A stretch of DNA of 64,000 nt, from contig CAVNZM010000003.1 in assembly GCA_963693365.1 (NCBI GenBank), positions 9,065,019-9,129,018 of the forward strand, in the 5' to 3' direction. Each line of letters begins with the position of its first letter. The stretch's first letter is position 1. The notes beneath the pieces were generated by a model. It was not told the origin of the DNA. It did not search any database and saw only the letters and a list, made by a program, of their open reading frames with translations. This stretch comes from Amoebidium appalachense. Lineage: Eukaryota > Protista > Ichthyosporea. Both the position numbers and the translations under genes were made by a program. Shown in pieces: positions 63,453-64,000 of this stretch.

Positions 63453-63740
63453 GTGTGGGAGTGTGTGTGTATACGTGCACGTGTGTCTGTGGGTGGACAC
63501 GTGCGGGTGTGTGTATACAGAACCGAAAGAAAAGGGGCCCAAAACAGAAGCACGGGTATTACCTAACAAGGTTGGCAACTGTCAGTATTTGCATCGTGCA
63601 TATGCATGGGCTTAAGCGTATGTTTGTTTGTTACGTATACCGTGTATGCATGTGTGGTTACGGGGGGAGGGGGGTAGGAGGGAGGGGGGTGGGGGTGGAG
63701 GGGGTGGGTGAGGGAGGGAAGGAGGGTGGGTGGGTGTGTA

Positions 63741-63801
<61 letters not shown>

Positions 63802-64000
63802 TGGTGGTGGTGGTGGTGGTGGTGGTGGGGGGGGGAGGGGGGGGTTGGGAAGGGTGGGGAGGGGGGGAGGGGGATAGAATTGGTACCCTGGATGGTTGGG
63901 CCAGCCGCTGTCTTCCTCCGTCTCACTGTCTGACTGGCTAGAGGATTTGTAGAAACGTGAAACAAAATCCCTGTGCGACACACACAACTGTCAGTTTGGA
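60580..64000 (-). CDS. 3' exons of an unidentified gene with Met/Gly/Pro-rich and acidic low-complexity C-terminus
   Basis: In-phase GT-AG exons near 63937-63887 (SQSDSETEEDSGWPNHPG), 62705-62338 (GFVLGGMGGGIPRPVPMPMG...GGMGP), 61488-61419 (AGPAGMFPIVHLMTGPPPPPGFW) and probable last exon 60595-60580 (PPGM*). The 5' part lies outside the window. Confidence 0.65.

Overview
Eukaryotic genomic DNA with many introns; the proteins look opisthokont/holozoan-like (inference from recalled similarity). Introns are packed with G/C homopolymer runs and (CA)n/(GT)n microsatellites, so nearly all ORFs in the supplied track are spurious. Manual splicing recovers three multi-exon minus-strand genes: GPAA1 (3' end runs off the window; carries a U12-type AT-AC intron), PHB2 (apparent ~60-aa C-terminal extension) and CDKAL1. 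Also present: the 3' end of an unidentified low-complexity gene, an intronless SAM methyltransferase head-to-head with PHB2, two orphan ORFs, a decayed APE/RT non-LTR retrotransposon between (CA)n tracts, a hAT-type MITE with an 8-bp TSD, and a foldback MITE. The most notable signal is a dispersed non-coding repeat family (about 15 copies; 437-nt monomer, one 1.3-mer at 32230-32800). It carries all three hammerhead-ribozyme core strands with compensatory stem changes, but in the order NUH, GAAA, CUGANGA, which is none of the canonical type I/II/III permutations and forces a pseudoknotted or in-trans fold. Copies share a 3' end at a C-run, are 5'-truncated and sit in G/C tracts, suggesting a retrozyme-like element primed at poly(G). 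All structures were derived by eye and need computational and biochemical testing.
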